64,000 bases of DNA from Azolla caroliniana (Eukaryota > Plantae > Polypodiophyta), in the NCBI GenBank assembly GCA_043228905.1, contig JBHGNT010000010.1:10416001-10480000 (forward strand), in the 5' to 3' direction. Numbering within the stretch: position 1 is the stretch's first letter; each line of letters opens with the position of its first letter. Shown here piece by piece: positions 25,856-37,187 of this stretch. Made by a program: the position numbers and the translations under genes. The notes under the pieces were generated by a model. The model had not been told where the DNA came from, made no database searches, and was given only the letters and a program-made list of their open reading frames with translations.

Positions 25856-26310
25856 TGTTACGGGCATGACCATATAATATCCCGTGGTAAGAATTTACCG
25901 TAGTATTCTATACACGTGGATAAGTGTGAGGGTTACATGAGAGTGTAAAGAAGGGGAGGATTACTTTTAATCCTCGGGATTGAGACAACCCATTAGGTCA
26001 AGTGTGAACTTGCCTGGGGGCCTTGGGTTTCGCTATAAATAAGAGGCCTAGCTACCCTCATTGGATCATCTTTTGACTACATCGAGACTCTGCTCGTGTG
26101 GTGGGTCAACTCTTGTAGCGAGCACGCCAGCACCAGGTACGACTCGACGCCACGGCGGTGGTATGGGACGCCGATCGAGGCTCGAGTTCGTCTCGATCCC
26201 TTCGCTCGGGGGTGGTCGGGTGGATCGGCACCCTTCTTTCTCTTTCTCCTTTCTATCTATCTTTTCATTATCCTTATCTTAAGCTTACGTTAGTATCTAG
26301 ATCTATAATA
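25856..26310 (+). repeat. 5' LTR of chromovirus T (TG...TA)
   Basis: Direct repeat of 36733-37187; TATAAAT near 26034. Confidence 0.95.
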
Positions 26311-26559
26311 TTTGGTATCAGATTTTTGTACTAATGTTTCTTTGTTTTTCATTTGTCTTTTGATTGATGCTGATCGATCGTTGTGCGGTTGGCCTTGATC
26401 CAGACAACGATCAACAAAGAACTTCGGTAACTCTTTCCATAATTTTTCTTTCTATTCTCTCTTCTCCCATCTAAGCATGTGTTTAGTTTATATGTAATTT
26501 TTTTCATTAAATCAATGATGTTGTAGTGGTCTTTAATTGATTATCTAAAACGTTTACAT

Positions 26560-26830
26560 ATGGGCACGAGGTCAATACCTCGTTTGACATATTGATAATA
26601 TGTGATGAGTGTCGTATGCGTACGAGGTTAATACCTCAATTACGTATTACGTTCACGAACATATGTTACGTTTGCGTATGAGTTTAATACCTTGATTTGT
26701 TGTAAACGATATGCGTTTGGTCTCGTATGCGTAAGAGGTCAATACCTCCATTGCGTATTACGATGATCTCTTATTTGTTGATGTTTCGTGTGCGTAGAGG
26801 TATATACCTCGATTACGTATCTCGATCACA
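26560..26830 (+). repeat. Five degenerate units of about 55-62 bp, each with a GAGGT-N4-ACCTC hairpin, in the T leader
   Basis: Cores near 26568, 26623, 26679, 26735 and 26797. Confidence 0.75.
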
Positions 26831-27099
26831 TCATTTGTGGCTATTTAATATAACGATATGTTTAATATAGGCATATGTGGTCACATATATACGTATTTGA
26901 TCGTATATATGTGATAAGCAAACATCTGTGTATATTCGTTATTACGTGATTATATCGAAAGTTGTCCTTGTCGGGAAAAGGATGTTGGTGGCCGTCCTCA
27001 CATTTTTGTGAGAATGGTGCTGTCACCATCCCTTTTTCAACATTTTTTTATTGTTGATAACCCCCTTGACGACCTCGATTTCGTTACGTAAAGAAACGC

Positions 27100-27899
27100 T
27101 GTCGTGCCTTTCGGCTCCGGATCGTTTGCGTGAGTCGGGTGGGAACCACCGGGGTTTTGGACTAGGAGGAGGAAGAATTTGAGGCTAATCTAGTTATGAA
27201 TATGAATAGATTATAAGAAAGAGATATAGAAACTTGTGAATCCCACAAGTATAATTGTTTTAGTTTATCTAAATCGTAGTAATAAATTGAAATAATTTAG
27301 AATAGATTAGAGTAGATTGAGAAAAGAGATCAAACCTTGTGAATCCCACAAGTATTACATTAATCAATATTTATGTAAGAATATGAATTTAGATTGAAAG
27401 AAAGATATAAGAAACTTGTGAATCCCACAAGTATAGATTATATTATTTTCGTGAATCCCACGATTATATTAATCGGTTGGTGTTTTCGGAAATATATCCA
27501 ATTTCCAAATATTTCACACCAACCGATTAATATAATCGTGGGATTCACGAAAATAATATAATCTATACTTGTGGGATTCACAAGTTTCTTATATCTTTCT
27601 TTCAATCTAAATTCATATTCTTACATAAATATTGATTAATGTAATACTTGTGGGATTCACAAGGTTTGATCTCTTTTCTCAATCTACTCTAATCTATTCT
27701 AAATTATTTCAATTTATTACTACGATTTAGATAAACTAAAACAATTATACTTGTGGGATTCACAAGTTTCTATATCTCTTTCTTATAATCTATTCATATT
27801 CATAACTAGATTAGCCTCAAATTCTTCCTCCTCCTAGTCCAAAACCCCGGTGGTTCCCACCCGACTCACGCAAACGATCCGGAGCCGAAAGGCACGACA
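27100..27899. repeat. Long inverted repeat: 384-bp arms (27100-27483, 27516-27899) with a 32-nt loop, made of the LTR 3' part
   Basis: The arms read as exact reverse complements on manual comparison. Confidence 0.95.
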
Positions 27900-27937
27900 C
27901 AGTTGGTGAACCCGACGTGAAAACGGGTGGCAAGGAG

Positions 27938-29959
27938 ATGGAGAATCAACAAGAGGCGATGAACATGATGATGATAATGTTTGAGCGGATGCAACAAGAA
28001 CAACGTGCGATGTCGGAGATGAAGGCGGCAGTAGAGCGGCTTCTGCGACGAAACGGGGAATTCAACGGTAAGGGTGTGTCACGCTACCTACGTGAATATA
28101 AGGCGGAGATGATGCAATATCGGATACCGGAAGGATTGCAAGTGATATCCTTTAGTCGGGTGGCCTCGGACGAACTACAAGAGAGAATCCACAAGATACA
28201 ACAACAAAACTCGACATGGGAGTCCTTTGAAGAAGCTTTACGGGAGGCATATGACTATGAGAGATGGACGGGACGAGATCGACGAGAATTCGACGAATGG
28301 GTGGCGTCGGAGAAGACTCACCGAAGTGCAACGCAAGCGTTCCTAGAGTTCGAGCATCGTTTTGCTCGACTCTCGGAGCGGGAACGAAGATTGGTGGGAG
28401 GAGATAAAGTCTTAATGTTCGTAAGATCGATCGATCGGAAAGAAAGGATGGACATTGGGATCGAACTCGAAGATGATGACGGTGCGAACGGCCTTACCGA
28501 GGATTGGGCTAAAGTCGAAAGGGTATGCCGAAGACATGATGAAAGGAAGCTGAGAATCTCGTCAACAACGACATGGCCCATGAAGGATGGTCGATTGAGG
28601 AAAAACGATGAAGCCAATATGAAGGCCGAAATACAACATGATGGTACCACGGGAGAAAGAGTGGAACAAGACACCCACTCGTCTTGTGAAAGAACGATGG
28701 CGAAGGATAAGGCCGATAATTCAAGTGTAGAAGGAAATTTCGGGATACAAGTGCCCGAGACATCGGGTCAAAAAGGGGTAAGCATAATAGATGTTTGCAT
28801 AATTGATGCAGATAAAGAGTGTGAAGCGGATGTGATTAAGGAGGTAGCCACAAAAGACGAAATCGAATCGGAGGTGGCTATGGACGAATCAATGGCGGAT
28901 TGCCATATCGAGACTTCCCCACCACTGATTCCAGAGACTCCGGCAGTTGCGATCGAAAGGCAACGTGAGACCGAAGAGACGGAAGGTGGCGGAGAGAAAA
29001 CGAATGTCGAAGCCGACGAATACGATGAAGAGATAGCCGAGAAGAATGCTAAGGGTGAAACTACGAAAGAAGGTAATACCGAGGATTCATGCCAACAATA
29101 TCTAGAGACTTCGGCGGTTGTGTCCGAGAACCAACGTGAGACCGGAGAGACGGGAGATGGCGGCGAGGAAGGTAAAGTCGGAAGTCGGTTCGGATGGAAA
29201 ATGATCCATCCGAAATTCCAATCTAAAAGAAAGTGCGACAATGCGGAGGTCGGGTCTACGACGGGAGAAGCGCGTAATACAGAGCACGCTCTACGGCGAA
29301 TAAAGAAACGCGTGTTATGGCGAATAAAGAAGCACGCGCTACGGCGAGAAAAGAAGCATGCATTACAACCACACGAGGACCGAACAACGAGCACATATCG
29401 GAGGACCTACGTAGCGAACAACGGAAAGAAGTGCCGAAAGTCGAACCGGACAAGGCAGGTGAAAACGAAGAAAAGAAAGCAAATCCGGACGAAAAGAAAA
29501 GAAAAGAAACCGACCCGAAAGAGCACTGAATCGGTAAAAACCGATCAACCGAGTCCGGATCGACCGAATACAAATCGGAAAGGAAGCCGAACTAAACGAA
29601 AGACGATCCGACGAGACCGAATCGGAAGTAAGCTAATCCGACTAAACCGAAAATCCGAAAAGAAGTCGAGATTGATGAAGAAAAGAAAGAGGGTAAGAAA
29701 AGATACTACCGCGGATGACAAGGACCAAGCGGGCCATGCAAAAAGCGAACGAAGACTATGGTGGATCGGATGTCGACAATGGTTCGGGTGGAAAGAATGG
29801 ATGTGCTCCAAATGGAGAGACAAAGTCAACATAACAAGAGAAGTCGAGGGTACTACGAGCCGGCAACGAAACCAATCGGGTAGAGACCGGACGGAGGAGA
29901 CTAACAAACACCAACAACTTCGGCACATACCGGAGGATGTGCGGGTTTGGAGGGGGTGA
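27938..29959 (+). CDS. Intact Gag-like ORF of element P (capsid-like N-terminus, acidic middle, K/R-rich C-terminus)
   Basis: Open from PBS to PPT (680 codons from GTG 27917). FNGKGVSRYLREYKAEM and GLTEDWAKVERVC match G Gag. No knuckle, protease or RT motifs. Confidence 0.8.
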   Translation: MENQQEAMNMMMIMFERMQQEQRAMSEMKAAVERLLRRNGEFNGKGVSRYLREYKAEMMQYRIPEGLQVISFSRVASDELQERIHKIQQQNSTWESFEEALREAYDYERWTGRDRREFDEWVASEKTHRSATQAFLEFEHRFARLSERERRLVGGDKVLMFVRSIDRKERMDIGIELEDDDGANGLTEDWAKVERVCRRHDERKLRISSTTTWPMKDGRLRKNDEANMKAEIQHDGTTGERVEQDTHSSCERTMAKDKADNSSVEGNFGIQVPETSGQKGVSIIDVCIIDADKECEADVIKEVATKDEIESEVAMDESMADCHIETSPPLIPETPAVAIERQRETEETEGGGEKTNVEADEYDEEIAEKNAKGETTKEGNTEDSCQQYLETSAVVSENQRETGETGDGGEEGKVGSRFGWKMIHPKFQSKRKCDNAEVGSTTGEARNTEHALRRIKKRVLWRIKKHALRREKKHALQPHEDRTTSTYRRTYVANNGKKCRKSNRTRQVKTKKRKQIRTKRKEKKPTRKSTESVKTDQPSPDRPNTNRKGSRTKRKTIRRDRIGSKLIRLNRKSEKKSRLMKKRKRVRKDTTADDKDQAGHAKSERRLWWIGCRQWFGWKEWMCSKWRDKVNITREVEGTTSRQRNQSGRDRTEETNKHQQLRHIPEDVRVWRG

Positions 29960-29960
29960 G

Positions 29961-30673
29961 TGTCGTAGTGTATTTTGTACACTACGTGAAAAACGTATAT
30001 AGTATTAGATTCAATAAAAAAATGAAGAAATAGAAGAAAATAGCAAAATAAATGGAACATGCATAGGGCAAGATTCGAACCTTGCACCTCCATGTTAATA
30101 ATGTAATGTCTTACCATTACACTAGCATTTCATTAGTGGTAAAGCATAGATGTCCCACATAGAAAGGTAAATTCACGCTAGGATAAACATTAGAAAAACG
30201 CATAACAAAAGAAAAAGCTACACATACACATCTAGCGTGCATGATAAAAAACGTACAAGTTAGAAAAAAGCATGATCACTTTAGATAAAGCATATAGTCT
30301 ATCTATAGGAAAAGCATGGGGTCTATAGTTAGAGAAAAAGCATAGATTACTAAGACTTCCTCATCACTACATAAGGATGGGGAGCACAATGTAATTGTGT
30401 GTGAAAAATATTTGGAAACTAGATATGTTTCTAAAAAACACCAATTAATAAACTATACTCGTGGGATTCACGAGAATTCTATATCATTCTCTTTCAACCG
30501 AAGTTTATATTCTTATATTCATATTGATTAATCTAATACAATACACTCGTGGGATTCACGAGTTTGCTATAACTCTTTCTTACAACATATTTATATTCTT
30601 ATTAGCCTTAAAACTCTCCTCTTCCTAGTCCAAAACCCCAGTGGTTCCCACCCGACTCACGCAAACGATCCGG
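29961..30673 (+). repeat. LTR of P in plus orientation, lacking its last 17 nt
   Basis: Starts TGTCGTAGTG after the PPT; stops at ...CGATCCGG rather than ...CCGGAGCCGAAAGGCACGACA. Confidence 0.85.
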
Positions 30674-30699
30674 GTGTTCGATTCACGTCGGGTTCACCA
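30674..30699 (+). other. 26-nt copy of the mature tRNA-Trp 3' end including CCA
   Basis: GTGTTCGATTCACGTCGGGTTCACCA: T-arm plus acceptor strand plus CCA; 8 nt longer than the PBS at 27904 and 15328. Confidence 0.85.
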
Positions 30700-30703
30700 A
30701 CTG

Positions 30704-31423
30704 TGTCGTGCCTTTCGGCTCCGGATCGTTGCGTGAGTCGGGTGGGAACCGCCGAGGTTTTGGACTAGGAGGAGGAAGAATTTGAGGCTAATCTTGTGAA
30801 TCCCACAAGTATTACATTAATCAATATTTATGTAAGAATATGAATTTAGATTGAAAGAGATAGATTATCTTAAACTTCGTGAATCCCACGAGTATATTTT
30901 ATTGATTGTTGGTGTTTTAGGAAATATATCCAATTTCCCAAATATTTCACACACCTATTACATTGTGCTCCCCATCCTTATGTAGTGATGGGAGAGACTA
31001 AGCATAGCTACATGCTTTTTTTTCTAATATGTTCATGCACACTAAATGTGCATGTGATGCTTTTCTAATCCTTGCTTTTATTTGCTAAATATAGTGCTCA
31101 TGCACGCTAGATGTGCACGAGTCACTTTTTAGTTGCTTGTGTTTTTCTATAAAATATTCATGCACTCTAAAAATGCACGATTTACCTTTTAATAAAGGTA
31201 GGCGCAAATAAAGCACTTATAGTTATTAAATCTATTTATAGAACACTAAAGATAAGGTAGCATAATGGTAAAGTTGAGATTTGGCTACGTGTAGGTACAA
31301 GGTTCGAATCCTGCCCTATGCACGTGATAAATATCTTGATATATTATTTTATTTATTTATATGTAATTAAATCGGTTATATTATTTTTACTTTTTCACGT
31401 AGTGTACGAAATACACTACGACA
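30704..31423 (-). repeat. Complete LTR of P in minus orientation (720 bp)
   Basis: Reverse-complement homologue of 29961-30673 but visibly diverged; its U5 matches the palindrome arms. Confidence 0.88.
31258..31311 (+). promoter_or_regulatory. Pol III type-2 promoter-like A and B boxes in LTR U3 (second copy at 30071-30124, minus strand)
   Basis: TAGCATAATGG...GGTTCGAATCC here and TAGTGTAATGG...GGTTCGAATCT in the other copy; both have a 43-nt start-to-start offset. Confidence 0.7.
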
Positions 31424-32312
31424 ACGCGAATAGCCAAAATGATGTTGAGTACGTAGGGCTTGACCCACTTCAAGTGAGGTCGCTCCAATGACGCACGTAT
31501 CCAACATCCCTCCCTCGTTACATGGATACGATGCCACCATGAGCTCGTTCTTACGAGAGGCATTCGTAATGACGTGACCATGTGATGGCCCACGTGAGCC
31601 TATTACGAAACGAGGGCTCATTTGGCTTGACCATTAGGTTGCACTTTGGCGTATGCCATCGTAATTACGAGACTTGAGGTTAGGTAACGTACCAACATAG
31701 TTTTGGTAAATGAGGGCGAAATAAGGACCCTTGCCATATATGTTCTTTTAAAAAAAAAACATATATGATCAATTGCCTCGCATATCTCTTATACGCATCA
31801 AACATTAAGCATTCGAGAAGAGCAACTTACTTGGTTGGCTCAAGTGTTTAATGTATTTGTTCTCGAGGTCTCGAGTTCAAATATGACAAAGACCATACAA
31901 CATCCTTGATACATATGACTATAACACATGTTTAGACTTAAGGTCTAAGTGCACCTCGGGGTCCTCGTAATAGGACTTAAAGAGCCGAAACCACTTATGT
32001 GGGCACCGAAACATAGTTTATTGTTAACATTTTTTTCGTGTATAAACTATTCATGACGCGAACATACATGGTTGAGCCTCGGGGAGCCACCATGAAAAAA
32101 TCGATATAGAGATCAGGGAAAGACATTTATTTGTCACCCCCATGGTTTTTAAAACACCTTTGTGTTACCATAGTAACCTGATCTTGAACCTCATCTCATA
32201 CGTCTAGAGGGGTATTGACGTGAGATAATGATATCGATATGTTTACATCACGACATGATGTTATGACTATATCTCTGACCTTATCCTATTTCTTTTCCAG
32301 AAATAATCTTTA

Positions 32313-35300
32313 ATGGCTCAAATTAACGACCCGATGTCATCCGCTCAAGCGGAAGGAACTCAAGGGAATCCTCCTGGACAAATGTCCATTGAGATGTATT
32401 TGGCACAAATAACCCAATACCTTAGTTTCACCGCTCAACAGATGACCGAACTTCGGCAATCTCAGAGTGCTCTTGAGGCACGTGTCATTAGTCTACAACG
32501 TGAGACTAATAGACCTGATGAGCGACAAGGTGAACCATCATTTGTCGTTAAGCCATTTACGGGAGACAAAAAGGAAAGAACCGAAGAAGCAATCTGCACA
32601 TGGCTGGGACGATGGGAGTCTCATTTTGAGCTCTATCCCACGCCAGATAGTACGAAGATTGCATATGTCGGCCGAGAACTTGGGGGTAAGGCCGCCGCCT
32701 GGTGGCGTGGCCTCCGTACTATGGGGAAATTGCCCGATACCTGGACAGATTTTGTCACGGTTTTTAAGGGCCAATTTCTGCAACCTCCCTCTCGAACCGA
32801 GGCAGCACAAGCTTTAATGAACCTCTCTAGCAGGAAATTTTCCTCGCTAGAAGACTATGTTCACCACGCTAGGACCCAAATCCAAAAATCGGGTCTAGAA
32901 GGGGACAATTGGTTGATAGCTTGTTTTGTCAATGGCATCCCCAATTCGGACTATCACTGGATAGTGCACGATAAGGATCCAAAATCCTTCGAAGAGGCCG
33001 TTGAAATAGTTCTTCGCTACCAACGCACTTCGAAGAAGGACCATAACAAACCCAACGAAGCGCCCGGGACTAAGCAGTCGCAATTTGTTGGGAAACACAA
33101 GACACCCAACGAATTCCTGGATCGCGATTGTAAGCGACAACATCCTTTTTGTGTATTCTGCAAAAAGAAGGGTCATACAAAAGATCAATGTCGAAAGCTC
33201 CAACGGAAAGAGCACGACAACAAAGCTAAAGCTGCAGACCATAAAGGTCAGATTCCTAATGTCCTTCAGGTCTATACACATCATTTAAGTAATTGTCAAT
33301 GTTCTTTCCCTCACTATGTATTGGGTCCCAATGATTTACTACGTGCAAACGGGTATATCAATGGATCTCCCGTACAATTTTTATTTGATTCGGGAAGCTC
33401 ACACAATTTTGTGAATGATCGTTTGGTTCAGATATGGGGAATCCAACCCACCGTAAGTGATCACACCTACACGGTGCACTTGGCTGATGGAAGAGTACAA
33501 TACATCAACGGGGCGATTCATTCATTAGGAATTTCTATTGATACTTATATAGAGGAAGTAGACTTCCATGTAATGAATCTTTGTACCACCGATGTAATAC
33601 TGGGTTATCCCTGGTTTTATAATAAAAACTCTTCTTTATTTATTGATTGGGTTCGTCATTCCATTTCTTTTGTACTGAACGATTGTACGCATTTTATTCA
33701 ATGTGTAAAAAAACAATCCCTCTCGATTGTTTCCTCGTGTCCATCAATATCCGACTTGTCTTGTTCTACGTTATTTTATTGTGTACTTGATCCGGACATT
33801 CACGTTTACAATATCGATAATGTCCCGATTCAATTAACATATTTTGAACAACAACAACTTGATGAAATCTTAAATGATTTTCATGATGTTTTTCCAAGTG
33901 AACTACCTGATGGGTTACCTCCTAAACGTAATATAGACCATCGTATAGATATTGTACCTGGTGTTGCACCAATAAGTATACCTCCGTATCGCTTAAGTCG
34001 ATCCGAAGAAGATGAGGTATCTAAGCAACTCAAGGACTATTTACGAATGGGTTATATACGTTATAGTAAATCTCCATGGGGTGCACCAGTTCTCTTGGTT
34101 AAAAAGAAAGAGGGCACATGGCGTATGTGTATTAATTACCGACGCTTAAATAAAGTGACGATCAAGAATTCGTATCCATTGCCCCGGGCTGACGATCTAA
34201 TTGACCGTCTCCAGGGAGCTCGGTATTTTACGAAACTTGATCTCCGTACTGGCTACCATCAAATACGAATAAGTGAGGACGATGTTCCTAAAACAACATT
34301 TCGTACGCGCTATGGCCATTACGAGTTTTTGGTTATGCCTTTTGGTTTGACCAATGCTCCGGCTACTTTTCAACAAGAAATGAATGACATTTTCCGAGAA
34401 CAACTTGGAAAATTTGTCGTTATTTTCTTGGATGATATTTTAGTTTATAGCCGTACATTACAAGAACATGCTAGACATGTCCGCTTTGTTTTACAAACAT
34501 TGCGTGACAAACAGTTTTATGCGAAGATCTCAAAATGTGAGTTCTTCAAGAAATCGATTACTTATCTAGGACATCTCATAACCGAACGAGGAGTTGAAAT
34601 TGATCCTTCTCGCATTGAGAAAATCAAGCTTTGGCCCACTCTTCGGAATATTCGAGAAGTTCGATCATTCCTTGGTTTTGTGGGGTTTTTGTGAAAGTCT
34701 CTTCGTAATTACTCCCAATTGACGACGCCGTTTACTGATCTTTTAAAAGGTCAAACGCGTAAGTCTACAAAACCTATTGTGTGGAATGCTACAGTAGACC
34801 TTGCCTTTAAGGAACTCAAGGACCTGGTTTGCAAGGCTCCTTCACTTCTTTTACCCGATCCTTCAAAACCTTTTGAGGTTGAAACCGATGCAAGCGATTA
34901 TGCTATAGGTGCTGTCTTGTATCAAGATGGTAAACCAATAGCATTCGAGAGTAAGAAACTTGATTCTGCTCAATGTCGGTATACCGTTCAAGAAAAGGAA
35001 TTATTTGCAGTTATACATGCGCTCAAAACATGGCGCCATTATCTTTATGGAAATCACTTTGTGGTAACTACGGACCACGAGTCCTTGAAATATTTTTGTG
35101 ACCAACAAGACCTGAAAGGTCGTAAGGCACGATGGGCGGATCTCATCCAGGACTTTGATTTTTCCATACGATATCGTAAAGGTTCCATGAACATTGTCGC
35201 TGATGCACTAAGTCGCATCCGTGAAGTTAACACGCTTAGCTTCACTGAAATATCATCAGATCTTTATGATCACCTTCGAGGAAAGTATCCTGATGACAGT

Positions 35301-36746
35301 TATTTCGCAAAATACTGGGCTAGAGTTGAGTCTGGAACAGACACCACCACATCCTTGAAGGAATACTTCCACATTGCTAACGGTTTGCTCTACCGTAATG
35401 GGAAGGTTTGTGTTCCAGATTTACCCGAGGTCAAAAAGAGGATTCTTTTTGAATGCCATGATGCACCCTCAGCAGGGCACCCTGGAATACATCGTACACT
35501 CGTTCTCATCTCCACTCAATTTTATTGGCCTAAGATGCGTCTTGACATACATAGCTATGTGACTAAATGTCACCAGTGTCAGGTTAACAAAGCCGAGCGA
35601 CTTAAAGCCGCAGGACTTTTACATCCCTTGGACATTCCCAATAATAAGTGGGAAAGTATATCCATGGATTTTATTGTTAGCCTTCCTCGCACCCAAAAAG
35701 GTCATGATGCCATCTGGGTTGTCGTTGATCGACTAACTAAAATGGCCAGATTTATTGCTACTAAAACCACGGTAACAGCTCCTGAATTGGCTTACCAATT
35801 CGTTGACGAATTGTTTCGTTTTTATGGGTTACCGATGGATATCGTGAGTGATCGAGATCCAAAGTTTACTAGTGACTTCTGGACACAAGTCTTTAAGAAG
35901 TTAGAAACTACGTTGAGCATGAGCTCCACGGATCATCCTCAATCCGATGGACAGACAGAACGAGTAAATCAAATTATTGAGGACATGCTTCGAGCATACG
36001 TTGGTGCAAAACCAACAAAATGGGAACGTTATCTCCCAATTTTGGAGTTTGCTTATAACAGCTCCAAGCATACGTCGACGGGATATAGTCCTTTTATGTT
36101 GATGTATGGTTTTCAGCCACGAGCCCCGATTGATGTTAATATACATCATGATGAGTTGCGAAGTACGCAAAACTTTCTTCGGGATATGCAAGATATGTTG
36201 CATATTGCACGAGATAATATAAAAACAGCTCAAGATAGAGCGCGTTTTTATGCCGATCATCATAGGCAACCTCGTGTATTCAACCCTGGACAGAAGGTAT
36301 TTTTACGTGTACCTCACAATTCTAAGACATTGTCTACGGGTAAGTGCGCTAAGTTAGCCCCACGGTTTTGTGGACCTTTTACAGTCCTCAACCGAATTGG
36401 GTCATCAGCCTATCGTCTCGCTCTTCCCGATGGTGTCGGAATTCATCCAGTCTTTCATGTGAGTCGTCTAAAAGAACATCTAGGTTCTGGCGACAATACA
36501 GTTACAACTGAAACTCTGGTTACTTCTAAAGAATTATCTTCTAAACCACATGTACCAGAAAGAATTCTCGATGTTAAAACAAAAAAATTACGTACTAAAG
36601 AAATCCGAGAATTCAAAATAAAATGGATGGATAAATCAATAAAAGATGCCACATGGGAACGCGAAAATACTCTTAGAACTAACTTCCCTAACTTTCCATT
36701 GCAAGAGTGCAATGTTTTAAAGAGGGGGAGTATGTTACGGGCATGA
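32313..36746 (+). pseudogene. Chromovirus T gag-pol (Gag, PR, RT, RH, IN, chromodomain), single in-frame stop at 34692-34694
   Basis: [61 protein letters not shown]. Both ORFs share a frame; the paralogue near 52619 has CGA at the stop. Confidence 0.96.
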
Positions 36747-37187
36747 CCATATAATATCCCGTGGTAAGAATTTACCGTAGTATTCTATACACGTGGATAA
36801 GTGTGAGGGTTACATGAGAGTGTAAAGAAGGGGAGGATTACTTTTAATCCTCAGGATTGAGACAACCCATTAGGTCAAGTGTGAACTTGCCTGGGGGCCT
36901 TGGGTTTCGCTATAAATAAGAGGCCTAGCTACCCTCATTGGATCATCTTTTGACTACATCGAGACTCTGCTCGTGTGGTGGGTCAACTCTTGTAGCGAGC
37001 GCGCCAGCACCAGGTACGACTCGACGCCACGGCGGTGGTATGGGACGCCGATCGAGGCTCGAGTCCGTCTCGATCCCTTCGCTCGGGGGTGGTCGGGTGG
37101 ATCGGCACCCTTCTTTCTCTTTCTCCTTTCTATCTATCTTTTCATTATCCTTATCTTAAGCTTACGTTAATATCTAGATCTATAATA
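36733..37187 (+). repeat. 3' LTR of chromovirus T
   Basis: Direct repeat of 25856-26310, followed by TSD GGAGG. Confidence 0.95.

Larger units (their letters stand above)
27100..31423. mobile_element. Element P: rearranged gag-only tRNA-Trp-primed LTR element (termini in minus orientation, interior in plus orientation)
   Basis: TG at 27100, CA at 31423, 4-bp TSD ACGC (27096-27099, 31424-31427). PBS 27904-27921, PPT 29949-29960, LTR 29961-30673, inverted LTR 30704-31423. Confidence 0.88.
25856..37187 (+). mobile_element. Chromovirus T: chromodomain-bearing Ty3/Gypsy element
   Basis: 455-bp LTRs 25856-26310 and 36733-37187 (4 differences seen); TSD GGAGG; PBS TGGTATCAGA at 26313; PPT AAGAGGGGGAG at 36720-36730. 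Confidence 0.96.

Noticed and set aside
27230-27770. CRISPR-like look of short palindromic repeats with spacers
   Set aside because: Spacers are irregular and AT-rich, half the array is a mirror copy, it lies within an LTR in eukaryotic DNA, and there are no cas genes.
27917-29959. env-like gene
   Set aside because: No signal peptide or transmembrane segment; the N-terminus is homologous to Gag.
31250-31325. Functional tRNA gene
   Set aside because: Only A and B boxes are present; I could not form acceptor and anticodon stems. Kept as a promoter-like module.
31836-31885. Second A/B-box-like pair in the T leader (TGGCTCAAGTG...GAGTTCAAAT)
   Set aside because: Weaker match, shorter spacing and single copy; cannot be told from chance here.
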